Source: Chrysomallon squamiferum
Lineage: Eukaryota; Animalia; Mollusca
Direction: 5' to 3'
NCBI GenBank assembly: GCA_012295275.1
Contig: CM022666.1
Span: 6,634,001 to 6,698,000 of the forward strand
DNA length: 64,000 bases
The position numbers and the translations under genes were made by a program. Positions 39,805 through 54,420 of this stretch are shown piece by piece (position 1 is the first letter of the stretch; the number at the start of each line of letters is the position of its first letter). The notes under the pieces were generated by a model. The model worked only from the letters and a program-made list of their open reading frames with translations. It was not told the origin of the DNA and ran no database searches.

Positions 39805-42800
39805 CTATTTGTTCAAGTTCATGTGATTATCAATCATCTGGAACATTTCTGTAGGGGCCGGAATTCGACCTGTCTCTAATTTAGACCAAATAGGGACGTC
39901 TAAAAAAAATAAAAATAAAATAGTTTTATTCTCTGTGATAGTGGTTAGTATTTTGTTCGTTTTTTTTTTTTTTTTATCAAATATGTGAAATAAAACTTCA
40001 AAACTACTTCTTCATTTTGTCATGTTTAAATTAAAAACAATAAAAATATATAGAACAATGAAATAAAAAGATTATAAATTTAAATATATTTATGTATAAA
40101 AAAATTTCATTAAAACTTTATGTATCAATATCTATCCATCTATCCACATACATATATATAATTTTATGAAACATCTTAGAACTGTCTTTTCATTTATGAT
40201 TATTGTTACTTATTTATTGGTATATTACTTATTTTTAAATTTATTTTTAATAAATATTTAAATTAATAGCATATAATTATAAATGTACATTAAAAGATCA
40301 TTATTAGATTCCTTTTTCTGTATCTTTATTCTTACACTTGTCAAAACTAAGATTAAATAAAAGTCATTAAAATGTGATATATATTTATATATACATATAC
40401 ACACACACACATATTTTCTATTTCTTTGTTCACTGTTTTACACATTTTATTAAATTTAAGAATAGAATAAAGCAGGTTTTATTCAGTGACTCACCAAACC
40501 TTTTTTTTTTTAATATATAATTACAAGATTATAACACAAAAGCTTCACAAAGTAAAAAAAAAAAAAAAAAAAATTATTAGGCAGTTAATATTCTTTTTGT
40601 TAAGTAGAAGAAATATTTTAAAAGATATCTTCCACATTTTAAACCACTGTCTTTGTTATTCTGCTTATTGAACACTAACTGGAATGTAAATATAAACTAT
40701 TATAACTATCTCTGACACAAGAGATGATATATGTTGTAATAAAATTAATCATTCTTTTCAATTAACAGCAGGGATATGTCAAATGCACCAACTCATAGGA
40801 AGGGAGAATATAACAAATGGTTGGTCAGTTGGTTGTTTTTATGCCAGTTTTGGAGAACTGGTTGGTATGAAAACTTGACAAAATGGACTTTTGTTAAGGA
40901 TTAATTTTTATAAATATATGAAAACAATGTTTTACCATTAAATAAAACTTCAAAAGCACCGGTAGAAATTAGTTGACTTTCAATGGCATTACTGATGAAG
41001 AAAATCATTAAACAAGCATAAATCTGAAAAGTAGTAAAATATAAAAGAGAATTAATAGTAATAATAGCTAACAACATTAATAACAGCAGCAGCAATAATA
41101 ATAATAATAATAATAAAAATAAATTATTTAAAAATTAACAAAGATAGAAAAAGTTGTTAAATACTAATTCCAAGCATTCTTTTTTTTTAAATATATATTA
41201 GCAAATGGTTATACACCTTGAACAAAGCAACATTTTCATATAATGTAATTGTCTTTTAAAATTCAGTGAATTTACTTATTCATATTTTCTGACATCTGCA
41301 AACATGGCCAATTAAAAATAATGAATATATCATTTACTTTTTTAGTCTTGTGCAAGTACATTTCTTAATTTTGAACAAAATGGCTTTTGGAAAGAAATGT
41401 AGAATGTTGTGAATGTTTTGATATGCTTATTTCTAGTATACATTTCCATTTTGCCACGAACAAAATGGCTATAAAAACAGTAATCAATTCAGTAATAATT
41501 TTTATCACACTTAAAAGTAATTGAAAAAAAAAGAAAAACTAATAAAAAATAATTTTTCTATTTCTATTTTATTTAAATTACATATTCCAATTTCAAGACT
41601 TTGGAACACATTATGCAGCTTTATTTTAATAATGATGTGACAGTAACATCTGTTTTTACATGGCTGTTAATTAAACATATTTCAAATATTCCTAGTATCA
41701 GACATAGATTTATGAGATAAGTTTTTGAATGTATAATTTTATAAATTACACTGGCTTAAATAACTGGGGGTTTTTCTTTCTTTTTTTTCATCTCAAAAGG
41801 TTTATTACCTAAATAAATAAAAGTAAATAAATAAATAAAAAATTGAAAAATTGAAAAAGGGCACAGACAGTGATATGAAGTCTGGAGTTTATCAACCTTC
41901 ACATTTTTCAAAATCTGCATTGTGGTTTGATTTCTTCCTACATAATTTATCTATTTCAATATTAAACAAAATTATAATGTTACTCTGTTTTTATTTTAGA
42001 CATAGTCTTAATTTTATTCCAGTGTTCACGTTAATAATATAAGTAATTTATAAAAAGAAAGTTCTATAATTTAAAATAAACATATGAAAAGATTTCTGAT
42101 GAGTCTAAATTTTTAAAAAGGTAAAAATTTAAATAGTTTTTTAAAAATATCATTGGTTTGTTTCTTTAGTTAGTTTCAAAGGTTCATGAAATTTATCTTG
42201 TATTTTGTACCTCAAAAGAAAAAGAACTGTACAAATTTAAATTAAATTATTAGTTCTTTAAATACAGGATACATCTTTTTCAACTTTGTAAACTTGACTT
42301 TAAAATAAATTATTTCTTCAAATATAGGAAATAATGTTTTTAACTTTGTGTACACTTAAATTACAAGTACTAGAATAAATTTAAATAAAATTATTATTGT
42401 TAATGTTATTATTACTAATGTATTTATTTACTTACTTTATTATCTAAAGCCCATGAAAAGAGGTTTGGAGTTTCTAAATTGAGAAGTGTGAAAGGATTGT
42501 ATCCACTGACAACAAGACCGATGAGTACTAATTTTAGAACACTAAGAAGCTGAGCTAGTGACGCCTTCAAAAACGTAGGTGGATAGTTGTCACCGATGAT
42601 AGTAAGACTGGGAAAACGTTCCTTGATGGTGTGAGCATATTGCTCAAACACCTTCCGGTAACCTCAGGAATAACTGAAAAAAAACGAAAAAACATTTAAT
42701 TTATTGATTTGTTAATAAATTGAAATTGAAATTAAAATTGCAATAATTATAAATAAATAAATAAATAAATAATGCTTAAATCAAAATTGGTGGGATTTTT

Positions 42801-43222
42801 TGGTTGAAACTACTGTTTTGGAAGTTTCACTTTCAGTAGTCTAGTCTCTTTAATTTTAAAAAATTGTTTACTTTTATAATCATATTGAAATAACCGTTTC
42901 GAAACGTTTCAATGTTATAATCCATAAGCATCCTTGGTCAGAAATAACTAGCTAAGATAACTGCAATCAGTGACTTGATGATAACAAAACGCTGATCTAA
43001 TGATCACAAAAATTAAAATGATAAAGAAATTGTAACACCACGTTTCATGACTCACCAGTACAAAAATTTTAGTGTGGGGCCAGTAAACTGTGCAAATTTA
43101 GGTGTCTTGATCTCTTTAGGTTGTTGATTTGAAGTTAGTTGAGACTGTGTAAGATCTTTCCAAGTAAAAACAACCAATACAATAAACACAGCAATCATCG
43201 ACCAGCGAGCTGTGTCCGCCAT
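39805..43222 (-). CDS. SELENOT: Selenoprotein T (thioredoxin-like, CxxU)
   Basis: Exons 43222-43056, 42673-42436, 41023-40936, 39899-39805(stop). N-terminal hydrophobic signal; LKFLYC-YS-TGA(42666-42664)-GYRKVF; GDNYPP; STGAFEV; WSKLETGRIP. 3'UTR intron 39764-39035. Confidence 0.96.
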
Positions 43223-43543
43223 GGTGTTTTTTCTTTTCTGTTTCTGTATTTTAATTTCCATCCTCTTGGTTGGAGATTCTCAGCATTTTGTGGCAGACGA
43301 ATACCTAAACTGAATTTGAAAGGAACCTTTGTCACTTTGCATTACTGTGCTGAATATAGTGTCAGTTTAATGCATAAGCTGATAAAAGTGTTTAATTCAA
43401 GACGATAACATCCATTGGGTAATTTTAAAAAATATATCATACAAAGCGAACGACTCCAATAACAAGCATTTTGTTGTTGATGTCATTATGATAATCATCG
43501 TTATTGCTATTGTTAGTAGTAGTAGTAGTAGTAGTAGTAGTAA

Positions 43544-43625
<82 letters not shown>

Positions 43626-43889
43626 TGCTGTGTTGTTATTGTAATGATTGTAGTAGTGGTAGCAGTATAATTATAAATGTTATTATTTTTCATATAATTT
43701 GTTTTCAAATGCTTGTTGATTATCGTAATGAAATAGCTGAATGTTCATATTTAATAGAAATATTCAAAATTAGATAATTTAATTTTATTGTACACATTCT
43801 TCAGTTGCTGCCGCTGCATTCGTAACGGTGTTTCGACATTAGGGTACGCTAACGAATTAGGAAGAATTTACTAATGAATAGCATTCACA
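43223..43889. promoter_or_regulatory. Probable bidirectional promoter/5'UTR region SELENOT-TAF9
   Basis: Divergent ATGs separated by 667 bp; contains an (AGT)n tract at ~43515-43624. Confidence 0.65.
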
Positions 43890-46800
43890 ATGGCGGCTCC
43901 AGCAAAGAGTACACCGAGGGATGCCCAAGTTATGGCCGCTATCCTTAAGGATATGGGCGTTTTGGATTATGAACCTCGTTTAATTAATCAGATGCTTGAA
44001 TTTACATATAGTAAGCATATTTCTAGGTCACTGAGGAATAAGACATAACTGCAGTATGCATTTCATTGAGAGTGCAAACTACAAAATGTATTGCCTATGA
44101 CAAACAATAAATATTAATATTATTAATTATAATAATTTTCGTATGATTCAGTTATTAATTTACTGATATTTGATTCATATGATTTCAAGTCAGTATATGT
44201 TGCTTTGACAGATACATTTTTCTTTAAAAGTCATACAGGCTTAAGATTTAAGCATGCAAGCATGTATAACTTTTGACAAGAGCTTCATTATTTTAAACTT
44301 ATTTCTAATAGTAATATAAATTTATTGTTTGACTTTAATTGCCCATTAGCCTGTTCCACTTCAAACCTGTTGTTTGTTGATCTTTTCATTTTTCCCAACT
44401 TGGAAAATGCATATGTATAACTATAAGATTAATTGCTGCCAATAAACAGCAGCAGATTTCCTTTGCCATGTCAACGTAATTTCGTACAAGAGAGAATGTG
44501 ATAACTGTTCAGTTAATTGCAGGATATGTTACTGATGTCCTGGACGATGCCAAAGTGTACTCAAGTCATGCCAACAAGAAGAATCTAGACTGCGATGACA
44601 TCAAACTTGCCATTCAGTGTCGCATGGACCATTCTTTTACCACGCCTCCTCCTCGAGATGTAAGTTATTTAATTTTAAAAACAAGAAAACTGTTCTAATC
44701 TCACTTATATGTAACTACAGATATTTACAGTGATCAAACATGCCAAGAGAAACCAGTTTTAGAAATTTATCCCTGCTCGTTTTGATGTTAGATTTTATGT
44801 GATAAACTATTTCTGAACATTTGTTTTGTGATACGTACATTTTTCTGATATGATATAACTAAATATAGTTTGTATATCTGCTTGTTATTGTTTTATTTAA
44901 TCTATTTATTTAGTTATTTTTCTACAATTACTGCTAATGCAAAATATGACCAAAAATATAATAAAGACACAAGATTATATATTTTCTCATGTATCTCAGC
45001 AACATTTCATAAACAGAAATACAAAAACTTCCTTAATCCGAGACTGCATCAGTTTTGCAATGTTTTATTTAATTTGTCTTTAATTTCTGTTTCTGGTAGG
45101 GAGACACAAATATATTTACAGGTTTATTTTATTTCAGTTGCTGATGGACATTGCACGTTACAGAAATGCACAACAGCTACCACTAATCAAACCGTACTCA
45201 CAACCCAGGCTACCTCCAGATCGCTACTGTCTGTCTGCTCCTAACTACAAGCTCAAAACAATGAGAAAAGTAAAGAAAGTTTACATATAAACAGAAACTT
45301 TCTCTGCATTATTTGAAAATAACGTTTTCTGAAAAGATCTTCAAGATTTTATTCCTAATAACACGTCATATATATCTTGTAACACTAGTAATATCTTTTT
45401 ATAGTTGTTTTATTCTTATTTAATTTTAAACTTAAACAAGTAGATTTAAAAGAATCCTAAAGGAGAAATAGTGGTATGTTTGATTTTTAAGTTACATTTA
45501 AAAGTTAATAAACAAATTTTTTAAAATCAATGATAATAGATGTGCTGAAAGTTTGATCATTAAGAATCTCTTCCTTTGAAGGTTGAAAAAAAAAAAAAGT
45601 AAAAAAAAAAAAGATTAGGGTAATTAAAATATTTTTATGGTGTTTCAAAAAGACATATGATATACATTTTTTTTTGAAACACACACAATTATTTTTTAAT
45701 TGTTTTTATTTCAGCCAAGGACACAGATGTCACTGCCGAATACACTGAACACTGGCGGCCCTCGATTCAGTATCAGTTCTCTAGGAGGTCAGATTTTTAC
45801 TTATTCTTCAAAAATTATTTCCATTTCATATTTTTTATGAAAATATAACATTCAAGTTCAAACAATTTTGTTTGCTTTTCTTATGCATTGTAAGCAGTTT
45901 TCTTTTATTTGTTAGTTCAGTTGTTTTTATGTTTTTGTCTGTCTGTATATTTGTTTGTATATTACTCAAATTGTTCATTTTTATTTTTTATTAATAATAC
46001 TAGTTTAAAAAAGTCTGATTCAGAAATTCTTATTTTATCATTCTTTTTGAAAATGTAATAAATTTATTAAAGTAATCAGTACTTGTTGATTTTGGTTCCA
46101 TTATTTTCATTCTTTTTTTTATTTTCTTTATTTATTTTGTTTTATTCTTTATTTTTATTTTCTTTATTTATTTTGTTTTATTCTTTATTTTTATTTTATT
46201 TATATTTATTTATTTATTTAAATGTATTTTATTTATAATTTATTTGTTTATTTTATTTTATTTTTTATTTATATATATTTTATTATTTTATTTTACTTCA
46301 CATTATTAATTTTTATTTTTTATTTTACTCAGTTAAAGGTGCTGGGGGGACAGGCAGTGGTCAGACTCTGACTGTGGTGACAAAAGCCGCCACCCAACCA
46401 ACTGTGACAATAATAAGCAAACCTGCGTCTACCACAACAGTCAAACCAACGTTCAGAATAAACGCAGGTATGATGTCTACAAAAAACACGTTCAGATTTT
46501 TATATGGGGTTGATGTAATGCTTGTCTTGTTACAATAATAACAATAATTTAATAAATTTTAAATTTATTTTTCAGTTTGGTGTACTGTACTTTTTATTTA
46601 TTTTTTTACAAAAAGGTTTTTTTGTTACGAATAGTTATAGCATTATAATTACGTGTTAAAAGTGAACATAAGTTGAAAATATGTTATTTTTAAAATGTAT
46701 GTGTGTGTGTATGTAAAAGAAAATTACATTAAGAATTATATGTAACAAATAAATATGAACACACACATTTTTTATACACATTTATTTTTGTATTATTTTT

Positions 46801-47248
46801 AACAATTTGTTTTGCTTAAAATTGACTTTTCATATTTATTTATTTTTTCCCAGGTTCTTTGTCTTCTAATTATGCAAAGATCATACCTCAAAGCAGTAAC
46901 AACAACAGCAGCAGCAATGCCGCCAACACCATTGCTCACACATCTACCAACATCAGCAACATCACCAACATCAGCAACATTTCATCAGCCAACTCCACTA
47001 GTCTCGGATTCACCAACATCAGCAACCTGGCAACGTCAGGAGTGACCAACTTCAACACATCAAACATGTCCAATCTGACAACAACCAGCAGTTCCAGTCT
47101 CCCTAGTATGGGCATGTCTAGTGCCACGCCTTTGAGCACTGCCCCCATCAGCATGATGATGTCATCGTCATTTTCAAACATGACTACAATGTCCAGTAAT
47201 TCAAATCCACTCAAAAGAAAGGCTGAAGATGAAGACTATGACAAGTGA
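43890..47248 (+). CDS. TAF9: Transcription initiation factor TFIID subunit 9
   Basis: Exons 43890-44010, 44523-44659, 45138-45269, 45715-45787, 46333-46467, 46854-47248. Motifs [53 protein letters not shown]-terminal [11 protein letters not shown]. Confidence 0.96.
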
Positions 47249-47274
47249 CTTGCGAATCAGATAGTGAAATTAGG

Positions 47275-47425
47275 ATAAAAATATTGGAAAATTACCGTGT
47301 GTGACACAGTGACAGTAAGATATAAATATTGGAAAGTTACAGTGTGACACAGTGACAGTAAGATATAAATATTGGAAAGTTAGAGTATGTCACAGTGACA
47401 GTAAGATTTAAATTACTGGAAAGTG
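47275..47425. repeat. ~42-44-bp tandem repeat in TAF9 3'UTR
   Basis: AAATATTGGAAAGTTACAGTGTGACACAGTGACAGTAAGATAT, about 3.5 copies, with degenerate copies downstream. Confidence 0.75.
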
Positions 47426-49934
47426 GTTGTATTCCATTGTGACAGGGTAACAGTACTGAACTGTGATTGTGTGATATATGAACAGTAGGATGTAAATACT
47501 GGAAAGTGACTAAGTGATAACACTAGGAGATAAGAGGCGATTCTTTCAAAGGAATTTTAAGGTCAAATGTGTTATTTCTATAAAAAAGAAGATAATTAAA
47601 ATAATTGATAAGTAGAATTGTTTGACAAATATTTTGTAAATGATCCTGTCAGACAATGTAGACTCAAAGTAATTGTTTGTCGAAGACCCAAGTGAAGAAG
47701 TGATCAATATTTATATATGTGAAGTTATTGATTGACGCATAAACTCAATTATTTGAAAGTGACTAGAATAGATATTTAAATTCAGTTGAAATTTAGATAT
47801 TGGAAAGTGACTAGAATAGATATTTTAATTCAGTTGAAATTTAAATTCAGTTGAAAATGACAATCAGGTGAGAATTTAAATATTGGAATTTAAATAGATT
47901 TTAAAAAATTTAAATATTTAAAAATGTTACGAAAATAGATATAAATCAAAGAATTTAAACATAACTATAATGGATGCTAATTTAAATATTTTATATTAAC
48001 CATAAAAATGGAAATAAATCAGAATATTTTAAAATAATTGACACAGGACATAAATATTACTGATTTAAATAACTGAAAATAGACCAACATTTTAATATTT
48101 AAAAATAATAAAAAACATTTGAATATGTGTTTGACAATGTCAAAGTGATTGTGAAAACACATGTAAATTTAATAATCGAAGAAAAAAACAATTTAAAGAT
48201 GTGTTAATTTCATTAGAAGACAGATCCATTAAATTTGGTAGGAAAGAAAATTTGATTGTTTATAGAATTTTTTTTTTTTTTTTTTTTACATATGTCTGAC
48301 AAATAAATATGTTTGACACTTCTTGTTTTGTTTTTGTAATATAGTATTTGTATTTTTTCTCTTTATGTTGTATTCAATACAGAGAGAGAATGAAATGAAG
48401 CATGAAAAATAAATTTCTTACAACAATAATAAATATTAAACTTTTTTTCCCCTTCTTATTTGTTTTGTTTCATTTTGTAAAAGAAAACTAATTCTTCTTT
48501 ATTTAAAACTATTTAATGAAGAAAAAAAAAACAAGTCATTTCGTTTGATATATTTCTTTATTACAGTTTAGTTACATCTTTCAACACAGAGACAATAACA
48601 GTAAAATGTGCACCATTAAGACAGACATTTTATTTTTGTTTTATTTTTCAAAATCTTGGAATACTGGATTTCCAGAATCTTCTGGAAAAAACCTGCTCAG
48701 CATAAAAACAATACTTGAAGATTATCATTATAATCAGAAATCTTTCTGATCTGATTTTTGATTAACAACATTTTGTCACACAAGACAAAAAGTGATAACA
48801 GATTTTAAAACATTTCCTGATATTTGCTGCACCTACTTTAGATATACCTTTGCTGTTAATTCCAATGTGTGTATCAAAGGATTTCTAAGGTAAATGCTGT
48901 TATTATTCATTAAAAAAAAAAAAAAAGATTAAAAATACATTTTTCTTCATTTTCTTAGCTTTTAAAAAAATACTTTGAGATGCATGTACATTTTTAAATT
49001 TTCAAGTGACAAATTCTTCCATTAAATCTTGTATTAGTTCTATATTTAACATACTTTATGATGGTGATGAAGATGATGATGATGATTATGATAATAAAAT
49101 AAATAAAGACAGATAAACAAAAAGACTGTTAGATGAAACTCATTTTCAATGTTTTAGTTGCTTTTTACAACTAAGATAAAGACTGTTAGATTAAAAACCA
49201 AAAAAAAAACATTAAAAAAAAAACTAGATGATTATGTTTTCAGTTGTTATTATTTTAGTTGGGTTTTTATTTTACAACTAAATTTGGCTACAGCAAAAAA
49301 GAAAGACACATAACATACACACAATAATTTCCAGACATATACAAAATCTCTCACTAGTAATTGTAACTTTTATTTATTTTCCACTTTTGTTTTCATCAAC
49401 ACAGGAATTATTAATGACTTCTTATCACAATCATTCAGACCGTTACCAAGGAAACGTCTAATTTACTCTTCTCTAATCTATTCAACCATTTTTATTTAAA
49501 ATCTATTGTTTTTTTTTTTTGTAATTTTTTTAATCTTTCATTAATCCCTGATTATTTTCTTACAACATTTTGCTAACAATTATTATTTTAAATCCATTTT
49601 CTTTTCTTTTATTTTATTGTTTTTATCTCGCCAATGCTGTAAGTCTTTCTATTTATATTAACTTGTATGTAAACTATATCTTTTCTACCGTTCAGTGCAC
49701 AGGTGTCCAGAGTAATGTCCATTTTTCACTGAATGACCTAGGTCAAATGTTTACCTTTTGAGGTCTCATGACATACAATGGAGCAGTCATTGGTCGTTTT
49801 GTTGTGATATAGATATATATATATATATGTATGTATATATATAAATGTGTTTTTGGTTTCTTTACTTCTGTCTTTGATGGTTTTTAAAATATTTTATTTT
49901 CAGCCTCTTTCTGGTAACAGCAAGGGGAGACCAC

Positions 49935-51954
49935 TCACAGCTTTTCCTTGGCAGGGACCCAGATTGTTGGCCCTGACTGGTCACGGATAACTTCTTTTAC
50001 TTTTGCATAGATTTCATCTGCTGTGTCACCCTGCACTACAGCTGTAAAAACAAAACAAAAACACACTTAATTATTATTATTATTAGTGTTATTATTATTA
50101 TTATTACTATTACTATTACTATTACTATTACTATTATTATTATTTTTGTTATTGTTATTGTTATTATTATTACTATTATTATTATTATTATTTTTTTTGT
50201 TATTATTATTATTATTATTCTTATTCTTATTACTGTTACTGTTATTAGTTATTGTTACAATTATTAATATTAGTAGTAGCATTTTTACTGTCATTATTTT
50301 GTTATTGTTATTATTATTACTATTATTATTATTATTATTATTATTAAACTATTATTAAACTATTATTATTATTTTTGTTATTATTATTATTTTTGTTATT
50401 ATTATTATTATTGTTATTATTGTTCTTATTCTTGTGTATGTTGTTGTTATTATTGTTATTGTTACTGTTATTATTAGTTATTGTTACAGTTATTTTTAGT
50501 AGTAGCAGTATTTTTTACTGTCATTATTTGGTTATTGTTATTATTATTGTAATTGTTACTGTTGTTTTATTTTTATTATTAATATTATTAACCCCCCAAA
50601 AAGACACAAACTCCCCCCACTGCATTATTAAAGGATACCATTAGAAAACATCATGTCTTCAATTTTTATCACTAGTATTATATTATTGTTGCTTTAAATA
50701 TCATTATAATTTATAATTAAATTTAAAAAAAACAACAATTATATCCCCCATAAAAAAAACCCCAAAATATCAGATAAAAAAAAAAAGTAAAAAAGAAATC
50801 GTGAAAAATTATTTTACAAGATCTATATAATTTTCTTTAAAAAAACCCATATTTTTTACTTTAATTTATTTATTATTGCAGTTATTTTTGTTCTTATTAA
50901 TGGAAGTCAGAAAATAAAAAACGACCCTCCATTTGTGATTATTTTTATCACATTTAATGAACTTTACCTGTAAAATATTCCCCAAATTCCTGTTCTAACT
51001 TCATAGCTCTCTCATATGTCTTCCTCGCTTGTTCATCTGTTATTCGTTTATTCATTTCCCTGTGTTAAAAACAAAACAACTTGTTACTTGCTCAAATCCA
51101 GTTAACATTTCTAATTCAAATTTCTCAAATAATAAAAATATGAACGTTACTAATTCAGTGTTGTTACGTTAGAGAAAATGTAAATAATTTCTTCACCAGA
51201 CCTCTGCACACCACTGTTTGTGGTTTAATACAAATATACATGCCCTGAATATCTTCAATAAGCAAGTATTAGCATTCACATTTTTAAGAATACAGTTGTC
51301 ATTTCATGTCCATTTTTATATATACACACTTGTTCATAATAGATGGTGTATGTTGTATGTATATATGCATGAAGGTGTCTTTGTATGAATGTAAGTGTAT
51401 ATGGGTGTATGTGTGTTTGTGTGTGTGCATGTATAATGGTGTATATCTGTCTGTCTGTCTGTAGGTTATACTCACATTATAGATTCAACACTTTTAGGTT
51501 TGATGAAGATAGCTATTGGATAAAGACCAGCTACCTGTAGTCTTTTGATGGCATTTCCACTCACATCCAGAATACAGTGTTTTTTCTGTTATTTATAAAT
51601 ACATTTAAATAGTATGTCAAAAGAGAGAGAGAAAGAAGGAAAAAATAAATGAGAGAAAACAAAACAATTTTTTTTTTTTTTTAAAATAGCTTTCAAAATA
51701 ATAAAACCTAAATAAATAAAATAATAATAAAGAAATAAAAAATAATAATGAAAGAAAAAAATAAATAAAAAGAAATTGTTGTTATTACGATTCTACCAAA
51801 AATGACCAAAGAGATATTATTTTAAATTAAACAAAAATTTGCAGCCAACAACAACAACAATAATAATAGTAATAGTAATAGCAATAATATAATAACAGTA
51901 TAATAATAATAGTAACAATAATAATTTAATAACAGTATAATAATAATAATAATA

Positions 51955-51989
<35 letters not shown>

Positions 51990-52697
51990 TACAATAACAA
52001 CATAAAAATTAAAATTAAAAAAATAAATAAATAAAAAATAAAAATAAAAATTAATAATAAAAATGGTCCTTCAAAAAAAAGAAAAAAGAAAGCACTTCAC
52101 ATTTTTCAACCCTGTACAATGAGGACACTCACATTTTCAGCAACCTCTTTAACTGACGCGACACTGGTTCCATAGAGGTTGTCGTTGTAGACGCCAGCCT
52201 CGATAAACAGGTGATTCTGAATGTCTTTCTCCATCTGCTCCCTCGACTCGACGAAGTGGTAGTCCCTGCCATCCACTTCGTAGTCACGCCGTTGTCGCGT
52301 TGTGTCTGCAAGAAAAACAAACATCTCAAAAATGTTGCCGTTGTAGAATGAGTTTATATATATATATACACATTTAAATGTTGTTCTTTGTATAAATATC
52401 TATTGTTGTGAAGATGGTGCATAAAGCATTTCTATGTTCAGTGTAAAGTTTATCACTATTATTATTATTATTTATTATTATTATATTATTACTGTTATAT
52501 TATTATATTATTTTTATTATTATTATTATTACTGGGTTTCATTATTTTATTTTATTAGATGATTTTATATTATTATTATTATTATATTTGAATCATTCTG
52601 TCAGATGGTAATTTCAAAGGAATATTTTGTTTATTTTTCTTTTCATGATTTTTGATATTTGAATCTGAATTTAATTTCAGTTTTTTTTTGTTTTTAT

Positions 52698-52728
<31 letters not shown>

Positions 52729-53596
52729 TATATATTTTTAATGTATTTGTTTAAAATCAATGACAATTTTAAAATGCAAATGTTCTCATAGGTCTAGACA
52801 GGTGGGTTTTTTTTTTTTATAAAATTATTTCACAGATCTGAAAATATTCAACAACTGTGATTATCATCTGAATTATAAAAAATCAATTCCTGAATGTTAT
52901 TGTAACATCTTCTTATAAGAGCTTATAGCTTTAATAACAAAGTTTCTCTTTTTTCTTTTTTAAGAAAAGTTATATGAAACATGTTTTGTTCTTAAAATGA
53001 TAACTTTGAAGAAAAGAAACTCACTGATGTCAAACTAGACAATCAACATTTACTGCTTAGCAGAAAGCTAAATTTAATATGAACCTTCCCACTGGCAGAA
53101 CCTTACATACCCATCACTTTAATAAACTAGTCACAGAAGAATTGCTAGAATGGGAAAAAAATAACACTTTGGGAAACTTGAGGATGATCGATATTTATAA
53201 AAGAGTGCTCCAAATTTGTTAGAACAGGAGATTGCTCTATGGATGAATGGGACAGGACTGAGCCAGTGATATTATTAAGTTTATCAAAAAAACTCTATAG
53301 CTGCTGAGTCATGTTAATAACGTCTACTTACGTGGAACACAACTACCAAACTTGTCTGGAAATTCAGAAATAAGGTCATCGTTAATTCTATCTTTGAGTG
53401 GTCCCAGAATTATCACAGGTCGAGTGTATCTCACTGTAAAAACAAATAACATAATTTTAATATCTACTGTAAACATGCAGATACATATAACACACTAAAA
53501 AATAACATAATTTTAATATCTCACTGTAAACAAACATGTAGATACAAATAACACACTAACAAACTAACGTAATTTTAATATCTCATTGTAAAAAAA

Positions 53597-53667
<71 letters not shown>

Positions 53668-54389
53668 TGTGTGTTATATGGGTATTGAATAAAACACTAT
53701 CAAGTTAACAATATTTTAATATCTCACTGTTATACAGGTATTGAATAAAACACTAAAAGTTAACAATATTTTAATATCTCACTGTTATACAGGTATTGAA
53801 TAAAACACTAACAAGTTAACAATATTTTAATATCTCACTGTGTTATACAGGTACTGAATAAAACACTAACAAGTTAACAATATTTTCATATCTCACTGTA
53901 AAATTACACAATATGTGTATCAATGTAACTATTAAGTCTACCTTTATGAAGAATAAATGACAAACTAATTTGTTTAAAGCATTTGCAAAACATGTTTTAA
54001 ACTGAGCATAAATATATAAAATATAAAATGATGACTTACGTTCTTGCTGTACAACAGCTTCATATGAGAGAATCGGCTCATCTCCACCTGAAAACAAAAC
54101 AAAATAATTTCTTACTAAACAAACAATTCAAAAGCCTCTCCTAAAGATTCTACAAACTTATTTTTAACAGAGAGACATTTTTCAAAAACAACCATTCCCA
54201 ATTTTTCTTTTTAATAAATTAATATATATATATATAGTGGTTAATTAATAGAATAGAAAATATAAAATATCAGAATTAAACATTTTGTTTATATTTTAAA
54301 ACAAATTTATTTAATATTTTAGTGATTCAATTACTTTGCATTAAGAAATATTTGCAAAATGTTGTTATGTAAAGTCAAAAAATATTATA

Positions 54390-54420
<31 letters not shown>

